Made by a program: the position numbers and the translations under genes. The notes below the pieces were generated by a model. That model ran no database searches. It was given only the letters and a program-made list of their open reading frames with translations, and was not told the origin of the DNA. Source: Heptranchias perlo (Eukaryota). Taken from it: 64,000 nucleotides of DNA. Of this stretch, positions 61,400 through 64,000 are shown piece by piece. The stretch's first letter is position 1. Each line of letters begins with the position of its first letter. The stretch is from the NCBI RefSeq assembly GCF_035084215.1, contig NC_090326.1, positions 73,532,001 to 73,596,000 on the forward strand, in the 5' to 3' direction.

Positions 61400-61599
61400 G
61401 CAAGTAAAAAAAAAATATAGGTCCAAATGTATTCAAACTGTGTTTGGAGTACTGTAAAATTTTGGTCTTTAATTTATTTCTGCATTTCATTAAATGGTTT
61501 GAATTGTTAATACTGTGGAGTTACGATATGGATTTAAAATGTGCATTGAGTTTGGGTTCAATGAAACAAAAGCAAAATGAGTTGGAAACTTCATCTGAT

Positions 61600-63068
61600 T
61601 AACTACTCTCTCATGTCCACCTTTGACGCCCTTGTGCACAGCAAAACCTTTACTCTCTCATCCTGGTTCTTTCCACTGATATAAAACTTATCTTCACTTT
61701 GTGAAGACCACGGGGTGTAGCCTTGAGCGTATCTGCCACACAACTGGTTTAGCCATCCATCACCAGATGTGGTTGGACCACATCGAGCGCTATTGGGCTG
61801 TGTTCTCATGTGCTAAAACTGCACACCAGGATCATTCTCAGAGCAAAGATAACACCTGGCTTCTTATCTCCACTCCCAGCCATCTCCTTAAACTCCTACC
61901 TCCTCCATCCTCAGATCCAAACTGTGAGACACTCAATGGACTTCTTTAGCACAAGATTGAGACCAGCTGCCTTTGGTGCTTCCCCCAATTCCCTTGCGCA
62001 CCTAGCCAATGCTCCCCATCTTTCCTGTAAACTATATATGGATCTCCAATCTGTTTCCACCCCTGCCACAGCACTGAAACAGCACTAACCGAAGCCACAA
62101 ATGATAACCTCTGTGACTGTAACCATGGTGCACTTTCCTTCCTCATCCTACTCTATTTCTCTGCACCCTTTGACATGGTCAAGCATATCATCCTCCTCCA
62201 ACATGTTTCCCCTGTCGTCCAGTTTGGTGAGACGGTTTTTGCTTGGTTCCACTCTTATCTGTCCAATTACAGCCAGAGCATCTCCAGCGATGCTTCTCTT
62301 TCCCCCCCATCGTTACCTCCAGAATCCCCCAAGGATCTATCCATGGCCCCCTCCTTTTCCTCATCTACATGCTACCCCATGGTGACATCATCTGCAGCCA
62401 CATGATCAGCTTTCACATGTACACTGACGGCACCATGCTCTACCTCTCCTCCACCTAACTTGACCCATCTACTGCCTCTGTGTTGTCTGATATCCAGTCT
62501 CGGATGAGCCATAAATTCCTCCAGTTAAACATGGGCAAAACTGATTCCATAGCCCTCGTCACCGATTCCATCCTCCCCTCCAACAATTGTCTCTGGCTAA
62601 ACCAAACTATTTGCAATCTCGGTGTCCTATTTTACCCCAAGCTGAGTTTCTGAGCCTGTATACTCTCCATCACAAAGACCGCCTGCTAAAACCTTTCACA
62701 GCCATGCCCCTCACTAATTCTTAAACCGGCTCCAGACCTACAATGCCCACCTTCCCCTACCCCTCACTCCCTTCCGGACTCTCCATTTCTCTGACTGGCC
62801 TTTTGTGCATCCCCACTCCCTTCACCCCATCATTGACCGCCGTGCCTTCTGCTGTCTAGGCTCCACGCTCTGGTATTCCCACCCTAAACCTCTCTGCCTT
62901 TCCACCTCCCCCCAACTCTTTTAAGGCCCTCCTTAAAATTCATCTTTATTGACCAAGGTTTTGTTCACCCTTTCTAATATCTCCTCCTTTGTCTTATCAT
63001 CCATTTTTGTCTGATTACACCTTTATGTAGCGCCTTAGGACATTTTTCTAATTTAAAGATGCGATATA
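61600..63068 (+). mobile_element. Decayed L2 LINE
   Basis: PQGSIHGPLLFLIYMLP, FHMYTDGT; L2 3' end. Confidence 0.8.
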
Positions 63069-63216
63069 TCGGCAAACAGAGCAATGGCAAATTAAATTTA
63101 ATGCAGACAAGTGTAAAGTGTGAAGAATGAAAGAAAAATGGGCGACACGTTTATGCTATTAATGGTCTTGATGTAGCTACGGATGAGGTTGATAGGGACC
63201 TAGGAGACTTGGTAAG

Positions 63217-63443
63217 AAATAGAAACAGAATATGCTGGAAATACTCAACAGATCAGACAGCATATGTGGAAGAGAGACAGAGTTAATGTTTCAGGTAAAT
63301 GGCCTTCCATCAGAACTCCGGTGGGCTATCTGCCTTAAATTCTAACTCTGTTTCTCTCTCCACAGATGCTGCCTGATCTGCTAATTGTTTCCAGCATTTT
63401 CTGTTTTTATTTTAGATTTCCAGTAACTGCCGCATTTTGCTTT
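63217..63443. repeat. Long inverted-repeat (hairpin) element, Penelope-like terminal structure
   Basis: aaacagaatatgctggaaa...gagacagagttaa pairs with taactctgtttctctc...ttccagcattttctgttt. Confidence 0.65.
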
Positions 63444-63582
63444 AGTAAGAAGTTGGTAAGAATATTGACAATAGTCATTTGAAGAGTGCAGAGGATGTAA
63501 AGAATAGGCTGCCGTACAAATCTGCTGGCATTATTTGTGAAGGTGACTAAGTTGCTGATGAAGATAGTTCTGTGATTATAAT

Positions 63583-64000
63583 GCGCCATAATTTGCTGTA
63601 GCAGGGCATCTAACGGTGTCTGCCATTAGTTAGACTTGCCCTTGCATTTAGATTTTTAATTTTTTTGCATGGCAAGTTGCTGATAACATCGCAGCGAGGG
63701 AAACAGAGCATCTGGGACCTGAGTGAATAGGGCAAGCAACTGTGTATCTCCTTAACCAATCAGATTGAAGGATTGTGAAATTAACAGTACAAGGACTAAG
63801 AAGGAAGTGTAAATTAGAGTGGGTGAATTCAATGTTAAATCAGGTACAGGAAGAGAAATAGAGAGATTGGATTGAGAGAAAAAAAAGTTTTAAAAAAAAT
63901 TAAAAATTTTACATTTTTAAAACCTCCAACAACAATTAAAACTGGAAGGAATGAGACGCCACACTTTTAATAGTTAATTTTCACGCCGTTCAGTGCGTTT
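63583..64000. mobile_element. Harbinger-type non-autonomous element, copy 2 (inverted relative to 58728-59487), runs off window end
   Basis: tagcagggcatctaacggtgtctgccattagttagacttg is the near reverse complement of 59434-59473; similarity continues to the window end. Confidence 0.72.

Overview
Vertebrate genomic DNA with a repeat content typical of cartilaginous fish (shark-like; inferred). The whole window lies inside one + strand DNA topoisomerase II beta gene (TOP2B). I could place 22 consecutive coding exons (10157..61399, 3150 nt = 1050 codons, phases consistent), running from the ATPase domain through TOPRIM, the catalytic Tyr (SPRY, 46885-46887) and the start of the C-terminal domain. 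Two splice donors appear to be GC. The introns are packed with transposable elements: several CR1 families, L2, a Tx1/L1-like 3' end, tRNA-headed Deu-type SINEs, a Gypsy relic, hAT and Harbinger MITEs and a Penelope-like hairpin. The main finding is a young 4.1-kb PIF/Harbinger transposon (29624..33741, 13-bp TIRs, TAT TSD). It has an intact DDE transposase in sense with TOP2B, preceded by in-frame splice acceptors, and a convergent 3-exon gene encoding a Myb/SANT + coiled-coil protein with a frameshifted AT-hook/NLS tail. A decayed relative sits at 36939..41320 (ATG TSD). There are also two apparently locally templated insertions and inverted repeat pairs flanking three phase-0 exons. Exon and Harbinger coordinates were read base by base; boundaries of old repeats are approximate, and repeat family names come from motif recognition, not database searches.
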